Assembly: GCA_947489195.1 (NCBI GenBank) | Contig: CANLCT010000013.1 | Span: 11,100-75,099 of the forward strand | Direction of reading: 5' to 3' | Length of the DNA stretch: 64,000 bases | Source of the DNA: an uncultured Aquimarina sp. | Lineage (GTDB): Bacteria; Bacteroidota; Bacteroidia; Flavobacteriales; Flavobacteriaceae | In this document: positions 45,974-56,800 of the stretch, piece after piece | How the letters are laid out: each line of letters starts with the position of its first letter | Numbering within the stretch: position 1 is the first letter of the stretch | The notes under the pieces: model-generated | Told to the model about the DNA's origin: nothing | Seen by the model: the letters and a program-made list of their open reading frames with translations, nothing else | The model's database searches: none | Made by a program: the position numbers and the translations under genes

Positions 45974-46064
45974 ACAGTTTTTAATTTAAGTTAAACTCTA
46001 TAAAACAATATTTTTATTTTTATTTTTTTCGTACTTTTTGGCTAACTACTAACTACTACCCCTT

Positions 46065-46838
46065 ATGAATGTTTTGATCATTGAAGATGAACAATCAGCA
46101 AGTAGTCATCTTCATCATTTACTCCAAGAAATTGATTCAAAAATTGCTGTTGTAAAGATTTTAGACAGTATAAAATCTGCTTTACAGTATTTTGAATTAA
46201 ATGATAATTTCGAGCTTATTTTTATGGATGTCCAATTAGGAGATGGAACTTGTTTTGAAATTTTTAAAAATATTGAAATCAATAAACCAATTATTTTTAC
46301 AACGGCCTATGATCAATACGCACTTGAAGCATTTTCTTCAAATAGTATTCATTATCTGTTAAAACCAATTACTTATGAATCTGTTGCATGTGCTATAAAA
46401 AAATTCAACCAATTTTATAAAGACAAAAATCCATTAAATCTGAATGCTACCAAACTTTTAAATTCATTACAAGGCAATCCTAAAAAAAATATTCGATCCT
46501 TATTAATTTATTCTAGAAATGGATTGATTCCTATTCAATGTAATGAGTTTGCTGATTTTTATATGGATGACGGAATTGTTAGGGGCGTAACTTTTGCAAA
46601 TATTACATATACTATTGATAAAAAAATGAGTGAACTTGAAGAAGAACTTGACCCTAATATCTTTTTTAGAGTAAGTAGACAGTTTATTATTAATGTAAGA
46701 GCCATAAAAAAAATTAAACCTTCTTCATATGGGAAATCTACTTTAGAAATAAAACCACAATTTGAAGGTCAAATAATAGTGAGTAAGGCGAGAACACCAC
46801 GTTTAAAAAAATGGGTAGAATTCACTTCAGGTTTTTAA
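46065..46838 (+). CDS. LytTR-family response regulator
   Basis: 257 aa. The receiver has 'VLIIEDE' and 'IFMDVQLGDG'. The C-terminal LytTR domain has 'FFRVSRQFIINVRAIKKI'. Confidence 0.9.
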   Translation: MNVLIIEDEQSASSHLHHLLQEIDSKIAVVKILDSIKSALQYFELNDNFELIFMDVQLGDGTCFEIFKNIEINKPIIFTTAYDQYALEAFSSNSIHYLLKPITYESVACAIKKFNQFYKDKNPLNLNATKLLNSLQGNPKKNIRSLLIYSRNGLIPIQCNEFADFYMDDGIVRGVTFANITYTIDKKMSELEEELDPNIFFRVSRQFIINVRAIKKIKPSSYGKSTLEIKPQFEGQIIVSKARTPRLKKWVEFTSGF

Positions 46839-47023
46839 AAAGACACTTCAATAGCTATTTTGTTTACTTCACATTTTTTAAGGTACGATACTTTTAAATA
46901 TCCTATAAATTTGGGATACCAACGACTTGTTTTTAATTAAATAGTAATATGTAAGTCTTTTTCTGAAAATTATAATCTCAGAAAATTGTTGGCTAGATTT
47001 TTCATCTGTAAAAATACTAAGTC

Positions 47024-47605
47024 ATGAAACAGGGTTATTGTATTTATAAGGTATCGAGCATTACAAATTTCTTTCAAGAAATGAAGCGCGAAGGGATTAA
47101 TGTCTCTAAATTTATTGCTAAAAGTGATTTAAAATACTTTAACTTATCAGTGCCTAGTAATACAATTCCATCAAAAGTATTACATGATTTTTTACGAATA
47201 ATTAAACGAGAAAATTCTTCAAATGTTACAGTAATGGTCGATCGATTAGATCTGGACCTATTTGTATGCAAAGATTACCCAGATACAAAAATAACAGTAC
47301 TAGTAGAAAAAGTACTAGAAAGCTATCAATCGGGTTACATTCCAACCTTAAAAATATTATCGGAACATTTTAATACTTCCGAGAGTACTTTCAAAAGGTT
47401 ATTAAAGTCAGAAAAAACACAGTTTTCAAAAATATTAGAAGAAATTCTATTTCATAAAGCAGTGACCTTACTTTCTAAATCTGATTTAAATATTGTTTTA
47501 GTAAGTGAGCAATTGGGCTATAGTGAGAGTACCAATTTTATTAGATCTTTTAAAAAATGGACTGGAATAACTCCAGCAGTATATAGAAACAACTTTATTT
47601 ATTAA
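47024..47605 (+). CDS. Short AraC-type HTH regulator (193 aa)
   Basis: C-terminal 'ILSEHFNTSESTFKRLLK...VSEQLGYSESTNFIRSFKKWTGITPAVYR' is an HTH_18 domain. Confidence 0.7.
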   Translation: MKQGYCIYKVSSITNFFQEMKREGINVSKFIAKSDLKYFNLSVPSNTIPSKVLHDFLRIIKRENSSNVTVMVDRLDLDLFVCKDYPDTKITVLVEKVLESYQSGYIPTLKILSEHFNTSESTFKRLLKSEKTQFSKILEEILFHKAVTLLSKSDLNIVLVSEQLGYSESTNFIRSFKKWTGITPAVYRNNFIY

Positions 47606-47615
47606 AATTAAAAAT

Positions 47616-48029
47616 ATGAAACCTTTTATTTCCCTTTTATTATTTATTTCAACCATTACTGTTTTTGGTCAAACTTTTGAAGAAAAATTAGCAGAGCGTG
47701 CTTTAAATAAAGTAGACTTATATACTTCTAAAGAAAATGATAACCTTCAAATTTTTTATGCTGAGCAAGTAAAAAAAATGAAACTATCGGACGAAGTTAC
47801 AGAAGAATATTATATGTCGCTAACCTATTACACAAATAAAATGGGACGCCTTGGTGCTAAAGATAAAAACTATAGCGATTCTGAAATGAAAACTAAATTC
47901 GACGGTTTAGTTGCCGAACTTAATACTGAAATGCATGAAGTTTTAACAGACGATCAATTTCAAATTCATAAAGAAACTTTTAATAAAATTATTGAAAGTG
48001 TGTATACCCGAAAAGGATGGAAAAAATAA
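47616..48029 (+). CDS. Small secreted hypothetical protein
   Basis: 137 aa with signal peptide 'MKPFISLLLFISTITVFGQ'. It starts 10 nt after the AraC-like gene. Confidence 0.5.
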   Translation: MKPFISLLLFISTITVFGQTFEEKLAERALNKVDLYTSKENDNLQIFYAEQVKKMKLSDEVTEEYYMSLTYYTNKMGRLGAKDKNYSDSEMKTKFDGLVAELNTEMHEVLTDDQFQIHKETFNKIIESVYTRKGWKK

Positions 48030-48100
48030 AATTTCCAAATAATTCACATACTGTTAAAAGAGGTATAAACACAAAAACAGACTCAACTAAAACTAAATAA

Positions 48101-50434
48101 ATGAAACAAATACTAACTGTTCTTCTCTTTTTAATCGGTATAGTCAGTTGCTTTTCTCAATCTAAAAGTACTATAAAAATTGGTATACTGAGTGAAAAAA
48201 AAGTAGAAGACCAACAAGCGCTTAAACAAAAATTACAACAGGAAATTAGAGCAGTTGTAGGCAATAATACCACTGTAGTTTTTGAACCTACTTTGTATAA
48301 CAATGGTGATACAAGTAAAGCAAAAAGTAATTACAATAAATTTATAAATGATGGTGTGGATATCGTACTCTCATTTGGAGTAGTGAACCATTTTATGTTA
48401 GACGAAAAAGATTCTTTTCAAAAGCCAACAATTATAGTTGGTAGTGTTAAAGCTGATTTTGGAAAAAAAATAAATGAAGGAACTACCTCTGGTATTACTA
48501 ACCTTACCTATTTAATTACTCCTATTTCCTATAAAAAAGATTTAGACACGTTTTCATCCATTTACGAATATGAAAACATAGGAATTGTTGTTGATGATTA
48601 TTTAATTCAAATATTAAACCTAAAAAATACTTTTGATAACTATTTTTCTAATAAAAAAGCAAAATACACACTCATAGGAGCAACAGAGGTTAAAAACGCA
48701 ATTAATCAACTAAATAACATAGATGCTGTGTATTTGGCTGAAGGTTACCAAGCTTCAACTAATGATTTTTTAAAATTGGTGAATGCTATTAATAGTAAAA
48801 AGCTTCCCTCCTTCTCTTCTTTTCGGAGAGCTGATGTAGAAAAGGGAATATTAGCTACAAATCAGCCTGAAACTAATATTGATCAGTATTTTAGACGAAT
48901 CGCATTAAGTATTGAATCCATTATGAATGGTCAAAACGCCAAAAATTTACCTGTATTTATTACCTATGATCAAGAGTTAACAATAAATTACAATACGGCA
49001 AAAAAAATAGGTTTTCCGCTTCGTTATAGTATGATGGGAAAAGCTAATTTTATTGGAGGGATAAATGAAAAAACAACCGATAAAGTCTATTCTATCATTG
49101 ATATAATGAAAGGTGTTGTTGCGGATAATTTGTCTTTAAATGCCCAAGAGAAATCAATTGATTTAAGCAATCAAGACCTTAAAACAGCAAAAAGTAATTA
49201 CCTACCAAATGTAGCTGCAGCAGTGAGTAGTACTTATACCGATCCAAAAGTGGCTCTGCCTCCTTTTAATAATCCGGAATTTTCCACAGCTGGAGCTGTT
49301 ACATTACAGCAAACTTTATTAAATGAATCGGCTAACGCCAATATAAGTATTAGTAAAAGTAACTTAAAGGCACAGCAAGAAAGCTATAATGCTACTGAAT
49401 TAGATGCTATATTGGATGCTTCATTAGTTTATTTTGACGCGCTTGTTGCAAAAACAAATGCTAATATTCAGAATCAAAATTTACAGCTTACGAAAAAAAA
49501 TCTTCAAATTGCAAAACAAAATTTTGAAGCAGGAGCTTCGGGAAAAAGTGACGTACTTCGATTTAGAAGTGAACTTGCTCAAAACACACAGAGTTTAGTT
49601 GAAGCTACTAATAATTTACAACAGCGTTTTTATGCGATTAACCAATTAATGAATCAACCCATTGATGCGCTTATCGATGTCGAAGATGTATTTTTAGAAA
49701 CAGGTATTTTCAAAAATTACAACTATACGGAACTTAAAGAAATTTTAGATAACCCTAAGCTAAGACCATCATTTACAAAATTTTTAATTGAAGAAGCTAA
49801 AAAAAATGCCCCTGAGCTAAAAAATATTGGATACAATTTAGAAGCTAACGAACGTAATTACAGGTTGAACAATACTGGTAGATTTATACCAACAGTGGCA
49901 TTACAAGGTCAATATAGTTTAATCCTTACTCAATCTGGAGAAGGTGCGCCATCGGGTGGTGTTCCAGATCCACAGGGAACATATAATTTTGGCTTAAACC
50001 TGTCCTTACCTATTTTTCAACAAAACCAACGAAATATTAATAAGCAGACTGCTTTGATTCAAAAGGATCAACTTAATCTGAATAAAGAAAATATTGAATT
50101 AAATCTTGATAAATCGGTGAATGATTTGGTACTAAACTTAGTAAATCAAATTGCAAATATTGAAATATCAAAAATAGCAGAGGAAACGGCTAAAGAAAGT
50201 TTAGAGTTATCGCAAAACGCATATACCAAAGGTGCAATTCCTTTAATTCAACTTATAGATGCTCAAAATAATTATTTGCAATCTCAATTAAGCAATGCTA
50301 CAGCAAATTATAATTACCTATTAACTTCTATGCAATTAGAAAGATCAATTGGTTATTTTTTTTTAATGAATACCGAAGAACGTAACAAAGATTTTACTCA
50401 AAGAGCAACTCAATATATTCTAAACAAAAATTAA
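48101..50434 (+). CDS. TolC-type outer-membrane factor with an N-terminal periplasmic-binding-protein-like (ABC_sub_bind-like) domain
   Basis: 777 aa, about 330 aa longer than a plain TolC. The N-terminal part includes 'GILATNQPE...NAKNLPVFITYDQELTINYNTAKKIGFPL'. The C-terminal ~440 aa are the two-repeat OMF. Confidence 0.8.
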   Translation: MKQILTVLLFLIGIVSCFSQSKSTIKIGILSEKKVEDQQALKQKLQQEIRAVVGNNTTVVFEPTLYNNGDTSKAKSNYNKFINDGVDIVLSFGVVNHFMLDEKDSFQKPTIIVGSVKADFGKKINEGTTSGITNLTYLITPISYKKDLDTFSSIYEYENIGIVVDDYLIQILNLKNTFDNYFSNKKAKYTLIGATEVKNAINQLNNIDAVYLAEGYQASTNDFLKLVNAINSKKLPSFSSFRRADVEKGILATNQPETNIDQYFRRIALSIESIMNGQNAKNLPVFITYDQELTINYNTAKKIGFPLRYSMMGKANFIGGINEKTTDKVYSIIDIMKGVVADNLSLNAQEKSIDLSNQDLKTAKSNYLPNVAAAVSSTYTDPKVALPPFNNPEFSTAGAVTLQQTLLNESANANISISKSNLKAQQESYNATELDAILDASLVYFDALVAKTNANIQNQNLQLTKKNLQIAKQNFEAGASGKSDVLRFRSELAQNTQSLVEATNNLQQRFYAINQLMNQPIDALIDVEDVFLETGIFKNYNYTELKEILDNPKLRPSFTKFLIEEAKKNAPELKNIGYNLEANERNYRLNNTGRFIPTVALQGQYSLILTQSGEGAPSGGVPDPQGTYNFGLNLSLPIFQQNQRNINKQTALIQKDQLNLNKENIELNLDKSVNDLVLNLVNQIANIEISKIAEETAKESLELSQNAYTKGAIPLIQLIDAQNNYLQSQLSNATANYNYLLTSMQLERSIGYFFLMNTEERNKDFTQRATQYILNKN

Positions 50435-50443
50435 TTAAGGATT

Positions 50444-51532
50444 ATGAAATTCGTAAAATATATATTACCAGCGTTATTTGCATTTTTATTACTTAATTGT
50501 AAAGATAAAGAAGTAAAAAAAGAAGAAGTATTACGACCTGTACAATATCAAGTGGTAGGAAACTCGAGTTCAAAAAACCTTCGAACATTTAGTGGTGTTG
50601 CCAAAGCTGGTGACGAAATCGAATTGAGTTTTAGGAGCGGTGGAATTATTACCAAATTCAATGTTAAAGTTGGACAAAAAGTAAAGAAAGGTGATCTCAT
50701 CGCAAAATTGGATAATGTGCAAGCCAACCTTGCTTATGAACAATCAGTTTCGGCATTAAACAGTGCAAAATCGGCAATGACAACAGCTAAATCTAGTTTA
50801 GAGCGTATTAAATCCTTATATGAAAAAGGAAGTAATTCATTAAGTGATTACGAGTCTGCCAAAAATTCATTCCAAAGTGCCTTAGATCAATATGAATCTG
50901 CTAAACGAAACAAAAGTATTCAACAGTCACAAATTAGTTACGGTTACATTAAAGCGCCTAAGGCTGGTATTATAGCTACAAAAAATAATCAGCTAAATGA
51001 AAATGTAAGTGCTGGTCAAGTAATCGCTGTATTAAATGCAGGAAATCAAACCAATATTGAAGTTGGATTACCCGAAAATATAATTAATAAGATAGAATTA
51101 GGAATGAATCCTGAAATTTCATTTTCTGCTTTAGCAGAAAAAAAAATGAGTGGTACCGTTACCGAAATTGCGCCTATTGTAAATGAAAACTCAGCCACAT
51201 ATCCAGTAACTATTGATATTACGGATCCTACTAAAGAGATAAAACCAGGAATGACTGCTAATGTTACGTTCAATTTCCAAAATGAACAAATAACCACAAA
51301 TAATACTTTAGTAATTCCAGTAAAATCGGTGGGAGAAGACGGTGAAGGTAATTTTGTTTTTTTAATAGATTCTAAAAATGGTAAAACAGGAATAGCGAAA
51401 AAACAGCGAATAGAAATTGGTGGTTTGACGGTTGATGGCTTTAAAATTAAAAGTGGACTGTCTGAAGGTCAAAAAATTGCTACTGCGGGCTTACAAACAT
51501 TATTAGATGGTCAAAAAGTGAAATTACAATAA
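50444..51532 (+). CDS. RND efflux periplasmic adaptor (MFP/HlyD family)
   Basis: 362 aa with lipobox 'LLNC', a biotinyl-lipoyl-like 'GGIITKFNVKVGQKVKKGDLIAKLD', and a coiled-coil hairpin. Confidence 0.9.
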   Translation: MKFVKYILPALFAFLLLNCKDKEVKKEEVLRPVQYQVVGNSSSKNLRTFSGVAKAGDEIELSFRSGGIITKFNVKVGQKVKKGDLIAKLDNVQANLAYEQSVSALNSAKSAMTTAKSSLERIKSLYEKGSNSLSDYESAKNSFQSALDQYESAKRNKSIQQSQISYGYIKAPKAGIIATKNNQLNENVSAGQVIAVLNAGNQTNIEVGLPENIINKIELGMNPEISFSALAEKKMSGTVTEIAPIVNENSATYPVTIDITDPTKEIKPGMTANVTFNFQNEQITTNNTLVIPVKSVGEDGEGNFVFLIDSKNGKTGIAKKQRIEIGGLTVDGFKIKSGLSEGQKIATAGLQTLLDGQKVKLQ

Positions 51533-51553
51533 TCACTATCAAAATAAAAACAT

Positions 51554-54500
51554 ATGAATTTTGCTGAATTTTCTATAGAAAAAAATAGAGTGGCTCTCAG
51601 TATTCTCACAGTAGTCATGATTATGGGGATGATTTTTTACGCGTCTCTTTCGCGTGATAGTATGCCTCCTTATACCATTCGTGTAGCCTCCGTTGTTTCA
51701 TCATTTCCAGGAGCAAGCCCAGAGCGTGTAGAGGAATTGGTAACAGATAAAATTGAAAAAATAGTGCAAGAACTTCCCGAGCTTAAAAAAGTAACCAGCA
51801 CCTCTAGAACAGGTTTATCTGTAGTACAAGTTGAATTAAAGATGGAAGTTACTCCTGAACAATTACAGCCAGTTTGGGATCGACTACGTCGTAAATTAAG
51901 CTCAATTCAAGGCTTGCCTAACAATGTGCATCCACAGTTGAAGGATGATGGCATTGGCGAGGTATTTGGAATTGCTGTTGGTATTACCAGTGATGGTTTT
52001 TCATATGCGGCTATGAAAGAACAAGCCGATGAGCTTCGCAATGATTTAATTAAGCTTGAAGATGCTGCAAAAGTAGAAATAAACGGAGCACAAGAAGAAC
52101 GTGTTTTTGTGAAATTTGACAACACAAAACTAAAAGCTTACGGATTAACATCAAGCAGCTTACAAGGCATTATTGCAAGTACCAATATTTTAAATTCTGG
52201 AGGAGAGGTTAATATAGAGGATGAACGAATTATTTTAGAGCCAACAGGTAACTTCAATACCATTTCAGATATTAAAAACATGCTTATACCAGTTGGACAA
52301 AACGGTCAAGTGGTAAGCTTAGGAGATATTACTATTATTGAGAAAGGCTATATCAATCCACCTAAACAAAAAGTACGTATCAATGGTAAAGATGCTATTT
52401 CACTTCATGTTTCTTTGAAAAAAGGTCGGAATATTATCAAATTAGGACAAGAAATTGATTTGTTATTAACGGAGTGGCAAGCCAAATTACCTGTAGGCTT
52501 AGAGGTTGCTCCATTAGCGTCAATTGATAAATATATAGATCTTAAGATTAGTGATTTTCTTGGAAATTTATTACAATCCATAGGTATTGTTTTAGCAGTA
52601 ATGCTAATCTTTCTAGGTTTCCGAACTGGGATGGTTATTGCCAGCTTAATACCAATTGTTACCATAACAACACTAATGGTTATGGGACTTATCGATGTGG
52701 GTCTTAATCAGATTACATTGGCAGCATTAATTATGGCATTGGGGATGATGGTGGATAATGCCATTGTGGTTGCCGAATCCATTATGGTAAAAATGGAAAA
52801 TGGCATTGATGTTAAAAAAGCCGCAATTGACTCTTGCTCCGAATTATTTATGCCTTTGTTGATTTCGACATTAACAACTTCGGCGGCATTTTTAGCTTTC
52901 TTTATGGCCGAATCTGTAATGGGAGATATAATGGGACCTATTTTTGTGGTAATTACTATTGCATTAATATCCTCATGGATTATTTCATTAAGTATTATTA
53001 CGCTATTCTGCGTATTCTTCTTAAAAATCAAAAAGAGAGACGATGGTAAAACAGGCTTTTTAGACCGCATGATTAACGGATTAAAATCTAAGTATAAAGA
53101 CCTTATTTTATTAGCCCTAGCTTGGAAAAAAACAGTATTAGTAAGTGTGGTACTATTATTCTTTTTATCGCTTTATGGTTTTACAAAACTAGCTTTTGTA
53201 TTCTTTCCCGACAGTGATCGTAATATGATTACTATAGACATTAATTTACCAGAAGGAACTAAAATTGAAAAGACAACAGAAACTATATTAGCAATTGAGG
53301 AATTTATTACAAAAAACTTAAAAGTTTCTGCTGAAAAAACAACTGGTATTGTCGATTGGTCTTCTTACATTGGTGAAGGACCTTCTTCTTATGATTTAGG
53401 ATATAATGCAGATGAACCTAACTCTAATTATGCTCATATTTTAGTAAACACTTCTTCTTTTTTAGTGAATAACGATATGATACAAGAATTGGACACCTTT
53501 TGTTTTAATTCATTTCCTAATGCAGATATTAAAGTAGGTTTATTAGGATCTGGTGGTGGTGGAACGCCTATAGAAATTAAAGTTTCAGGAGACAATCCAG
53601 ATAAGTTAGCTAGCATAGCAGAAGAAGTTAAGGCAAAACTATTTAGCATTTCTGGCACTAAAAACATTAAAGATGATTGGGGGCCTAAAGGGAAAAAGTT
53701 TGTGATCGATATCGATCAAAATAAAGCTCAGTCAGCTGGTATTACCAATCAAGACGTAGCAATATCATTGCAGACTGTTTTAGATGGTTTTCAGGCAGGC
53801 GAATTTAGGGAGAATGACAAATCCATTCCTATTATAATGACCAGTAATCAAGGAAAACAACAATCATTAGGATCTTTAGAAACACTAAATATTTACGGGC
53901 AAAACTCAGGAAAAAGTGTGCCTTTATTACAAGTGGCTAATATTATTCCGCAGTGGCAATATTCCAAAATTAAGCGCTTGAACCTCACACGAACTATTAA
54001 TGTGTCGAGTGAATTAACAGCCTATGGAAATGCTTCGGCTATTACAACAGAAATTAAACCTTGGCTAAAAGAACAAGAGACCAAATGGGGAAAAGAATAT
54101 ACTTATAAGTTAGGCGGAGATGCCGAAAACAGTGCCGAAAATATGGGAGCCGTAGCAAAGTACCTGCCGTTGTCAGCTTTTATAATTGTAATGTTATTAA
54201 TCATACAATTCAATTCTTTTAGAAAAATGACTATGGTTGTTACTACAATACCATTGGGAGTTATTGGAATGGTAATAGGACTGTTGATATTTGGAGTTCC
54301 TTTTGGATTTATGGCTTTTTTAGGAGTAATCTCTTTGGCCGGAATTGTAATTAACAATGCTATTGTACTTATTGATCGAATTGAAATTGAAGAAGATGAG
54401 TTAAAGCGCAAACCACAAGATGCTATTATCGCAGCATGTATTCAGCGTTTTCGACCTATTTTATTAGCCACTTTTACCACAGTACTCGGTTTAGTGCCTT

Positions 54501-54664
54501 TATATTTAGGAGGAGGCGAAATGTGGGAGCCTATGGCAGTTACCATTATGGTTGGATTATTATTCGGTACCGTAATTACCTTACTTTTTATTCCAGCGTT
54601 TTATAGCGTATTATATAAAGTAGATTATACAAATTATAAGTTTAAAGAAGAATTATTGGATTAA
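51554..54664 (+). CDS. RND-family (AcrB/HAE1-like) inner-membrane efflux permease
   Basis: 1036 aa with a 12-TM layout and two large periplasmic loops; 'ALGMMVDNAIVV', 'LAGIVINNAIVLID'. Confidence 0.92.
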   Translation: MNFAEFSIEKNRVALSILTVVMIMGMIFYASLSRDSMPPYTIRVASVVSSFPGASPERVEELVTDKIEKIVQELPELKKVTSTSRTGLSVVQVELKMEVTPEQLQPVWDRLRRKLSSIQGLPNNVHPQLKDDGIGEVFGIAVGITSDGFSYAAMKEQADELRNDLIKLEDAAKVEINGAQEERVFVKFDNTKLKAYGLTSSSLQGIIASTNILNSGGEVNIEDERIILEPTGNFNTISDIKNMLIPVGQNGQVVSLGDITIIEKGYINPPKQKVRINGKDAISLHVSLKKGRNIIKLGQEIDLLLTEWQAKLPVGLEVAPLASIDKYIDLKISDFLGNLLQSIGIVLAVMLIFLGFRTGMVIASLIPIVTITTLMVMGLIDVGLNQITLAALIMALGMMVDNAIVVAESIMVKMENGIDVKKAAIDSCSELFMPLLISTLTTSAAFLAFFMAESVMGDIMGPIFVVITIALISSWIISLSIITLFCVFFLKIKKRDDGKTGFLDRMINGLKSKYKDLILLALAWKKTVLVSVVLLFFLSLYGFTKLAFVFFPDSDRNMITIDINLPEGTKIEKTTETILAIEEFITKNLKVSAEKTTGIVDWSSYIGEGPSSYDLGYNADEPNSNYAHILVNTSSFLVNNDMIQELDTFCFNSFPNADIKVGLLGSGGGGTPIEIKVSGDNPDKLASIAEEVKAKLFSISGTKNIKDDWGPKGKKFVIDIDQNKAQSAGITNQDVAISLQTVLDGFQAGEFRENDKSIPIIMTSNQGKQQSLGSLETLNIYGQNSGKSVPLLQVANIIPQWQYSKIKRLNLTRTINVSSELTAYGNASAITTEIKPWLKEQETKWGKEYTYKLGGDAENSAENMGAVAKYLPLSAFIIVMLLIIQFNSFRKMTMVVTTIPLGVIGMVIGLLIFGVPFGFMAFLGVISLAGIVINNAIVLIDRIEIEEDELKRKPQDAIIAACIQRFRPILLATFTTVLGLVPLYLGGGEMWEPMAVTIMVGLLFGTVITLLFIPAFYSVLYKVDYTNYKFKEELLD

Positions 54665-54665
54665 A

Positions 54666-55328
54666 ATGAAACATAAACATATCATTATATTAGGACTAGT
54701 CGTATTGGTAACTAGCTGTTCGCCACATGTAAAATTATTAAAATCTTGGGATGCTGAAGCATTTAATCAAGCTGCTACTAAAATAGTTTTAGTGGCTGCT
54801 CGAACCCCTGATGCTAAAGTTCAAAAAACATATGAAACAGCTTTAGTAAAGCAGCTACAATCGAAAGGAGTTAAAGCCATTGCCTTACATCAAAAGTTTT
54901 CGGATTTAATGTATAAAAAGGAGCGTTCAGAAGCGGAAGTTGCAGAAATTTTAGCTCGCTTTAAAAAAGAACATATTAGTACTATTCTAATGACTTCATT
55001 AAAAGATCAATTCACTACTACCGAGGTGGTAACAGAAAAAACTGTGGGGTATATAAATGATTCTCGTGGTAAATATTTTTTTGTTTTTGATGCGGATGAT
55101 ATAACCAAATTACCCGATTTTAAAAAACTAGATAATGGCACTACAAAAGTTGACAATGAAGTAAAAGTAATACGCGAAACTACCTATGTATTAGAAGCAT
55201 TAACTTATGATATTTCATTACCTAAAGAAAAGCAATTAGTAAACGTACGTCTTGTAAATATTGTGAATCCTAAATCATCAGAAAAAGTGTTGAAAAAGTT
55301 TACAAGTATCGTAACCAAGCCATTTTAA
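54666..55328 (+). CDS. Lipoprotein of unknown function
   Basis: 220 aa with lipobox 'LVTSC'. It starts 1 nt after the RND stop. Confidence 0.55.
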   Translation: MKHKHIIILGLVVLVTSCSPHVKLLKSWDAEAFNQAATKIVLVAARTPDAKVQKTYETALVKQLQSKGVKAIALHQKFSDLMYKKERSEAEVAEILARFKKEHISTILMTSLKDQFTTTEVVTEKTVGYINDSRGKYFFVFDADDITKLPDFKKLDNGTTKVDNEVKVIRETTYVLEALTYDISLPKEKQLVNVRLVNIVNPKSSEKVLKKFTSIVTKPF

Positions 55329-55329
55329 C

Positions 55330-56784
55330 GTGATAAAAATCGTATTCTATATAAAAATTATTGGACTTACTTTTTTAGTATCAAGTAATATGTTTTTATA
55401 TAGCCAAGGTAATTACCGAAGAGAACATTATGGAAATCGCTCTATATTATTAAACGGAAATGTTACAGGAAGTGTAGATGATCTTGGCCTTACTTTTTAC
55501 AATCCTTCGCGTTTAGCTTTAATTGATAATCCTGCTTTTTCGATAGGTGGCAGAGCATTTGAACTTAGCAATATCAAATTAAAGAACGCTTTTGGAAAAG
55601 GAGAAAATCTTTCTCAATCTACCTTTAATGCTATTCCTAGTTTAGTAGCTGGTACATTCGAAGTTAAATTTTTACCTAAAGATAAGTTTGCGTATGCATT
55701 TATATCGCGAACAAACAGTGATATTAATTTTGGATATGATACAGGTGTTTTAGAAGGACAGTCAAATACAGGTATTCCTGATGCAGAAAAATTTCTGGGA
55801 CGTATCACTTTACAAGATCAAATTAATGATGAGTGGCTTGGTGGAAGCTGGGCAAGGAAAATTAATAACCATTTTGCCCTAGGTATAAGTGGCTTTTTGT
55901 CAATTTATGAAATGAACGGCTTTGGATCAACGTTGTATACAGGACAAAATATTCAACAAGAAGTCACTACTTATAATAGTAAGTTATCATATAAACAAAA
56001 TAGCTATGGACTATTTTTTAAAGTAGGTTTATCTTATAAAGCTCCCAAAATAGAACTTGGGTTAAATGTGCATTTGCCTTACATTGATTTAAATAAATTG
56101 AGTCAGGCTTCATTTATAGGAGAAGAGTTTTTAGCAGGTAATGGAGCTACAAATCTTTTTAATTTTATAAGTCTGTCTAATATTGAGAATGAACGAAAAA
56201 CGCCTTTAGGGATAGCCCTTGGTATGGGCTTACCTATTAAAAAAAGTAAACTCCATTTTAATGTTGAATGGTACAATGGTATAAGTAAATACAAAAGAAT
56301 TAGTCTTCCAAACTTTATAATATCGGGCAACAGAGGTGAGCCTTTAGATTTTGATGAACAATTAAAATCTGTGGTCAATTTTGGTATTGGAAGCGAGGTT
56401 TACATCTCCCCTTCTGTTAAAGGTTTCATGAGTTTTTCTTCTGATTTTTCTGCTTACATAGAAAATACTAATCTTTTTGATGTAATCAATCAAAATGAAG
56501 GTGAAATAAATTATGAATCAGATTATTGGCATTTTGCAGCTGGTATTGATTTAAAATTGAAATGGGGAAACTTTTTGTTAGGAACCAATTATTCTAAAAC
56601 CTCATCAAACTTTGTGCAACCTATTAATTTTCCTACCCAAAGTATCAATCCACAAATTTCAAGTGGATCGGAATTAGCAATTAGCACGTGGCGAATAATT
56701 ATAGGTATTGAGGTTCCTTTTTTAAAAGAAAAACTAGCTAAACTAAAGAAATCAAATAAAGAAGGAAATCAAGATTCAGAATAA
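55330..56784 (+). CDS. Outer-membrane beta-barrel protein, possibly FadL/TodX-like (tentative)
   Basis: 484 aa, with a GTG start 1 nt after the upstream stop and a signal peptide. 'DDLGLTFYNPSRLA' resembles the FadL N-terminal NPA segment. Confidence 0.5.
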   Translation: MIKIVFYIKIIGLTFLVSSNMFLYSQGNYRREHYGNRSILLNGNVTGSVDDLGLTFYNPSRLALIDNPAFSIGGRAFELSNIKLKNAFGKGENLSQSTFNAIPSLVAGTFEVKFLPKDKFAYAFISRTNSDINFGYDTGVLEGQSNTGIPDAEKFLGRITLQDQINDEWLGGSWARKINNHFALGISGFLSIYEMNGFGSTLYTGQNIQQEVTTYNSKLSYKQNSYGLFFKVGLSYKAPKIELGLNVHLPYIDLNKLSQASFIGEEFLAGNGATNLFNFISLSNIENERKTPLGIALGMGLPIKKSKLHFNVEWYNGISKYKRISLPNFIISGNRGEPLDFDEQLKSVVNFGIGSEVYISPSVKGFMSFSSDFSAYIENTNLFDVINQNEGEINYESDYWHFAAGIDLKLKWGNFLLGTNYSKTSSNFVQPINFPTQSINPQISSGSELAISTWRIIIGIEVPFLKEKLAKLKKSNKEGNQDSE

Positions 56785-56800
56785 AAAAATGTAGCTAATT

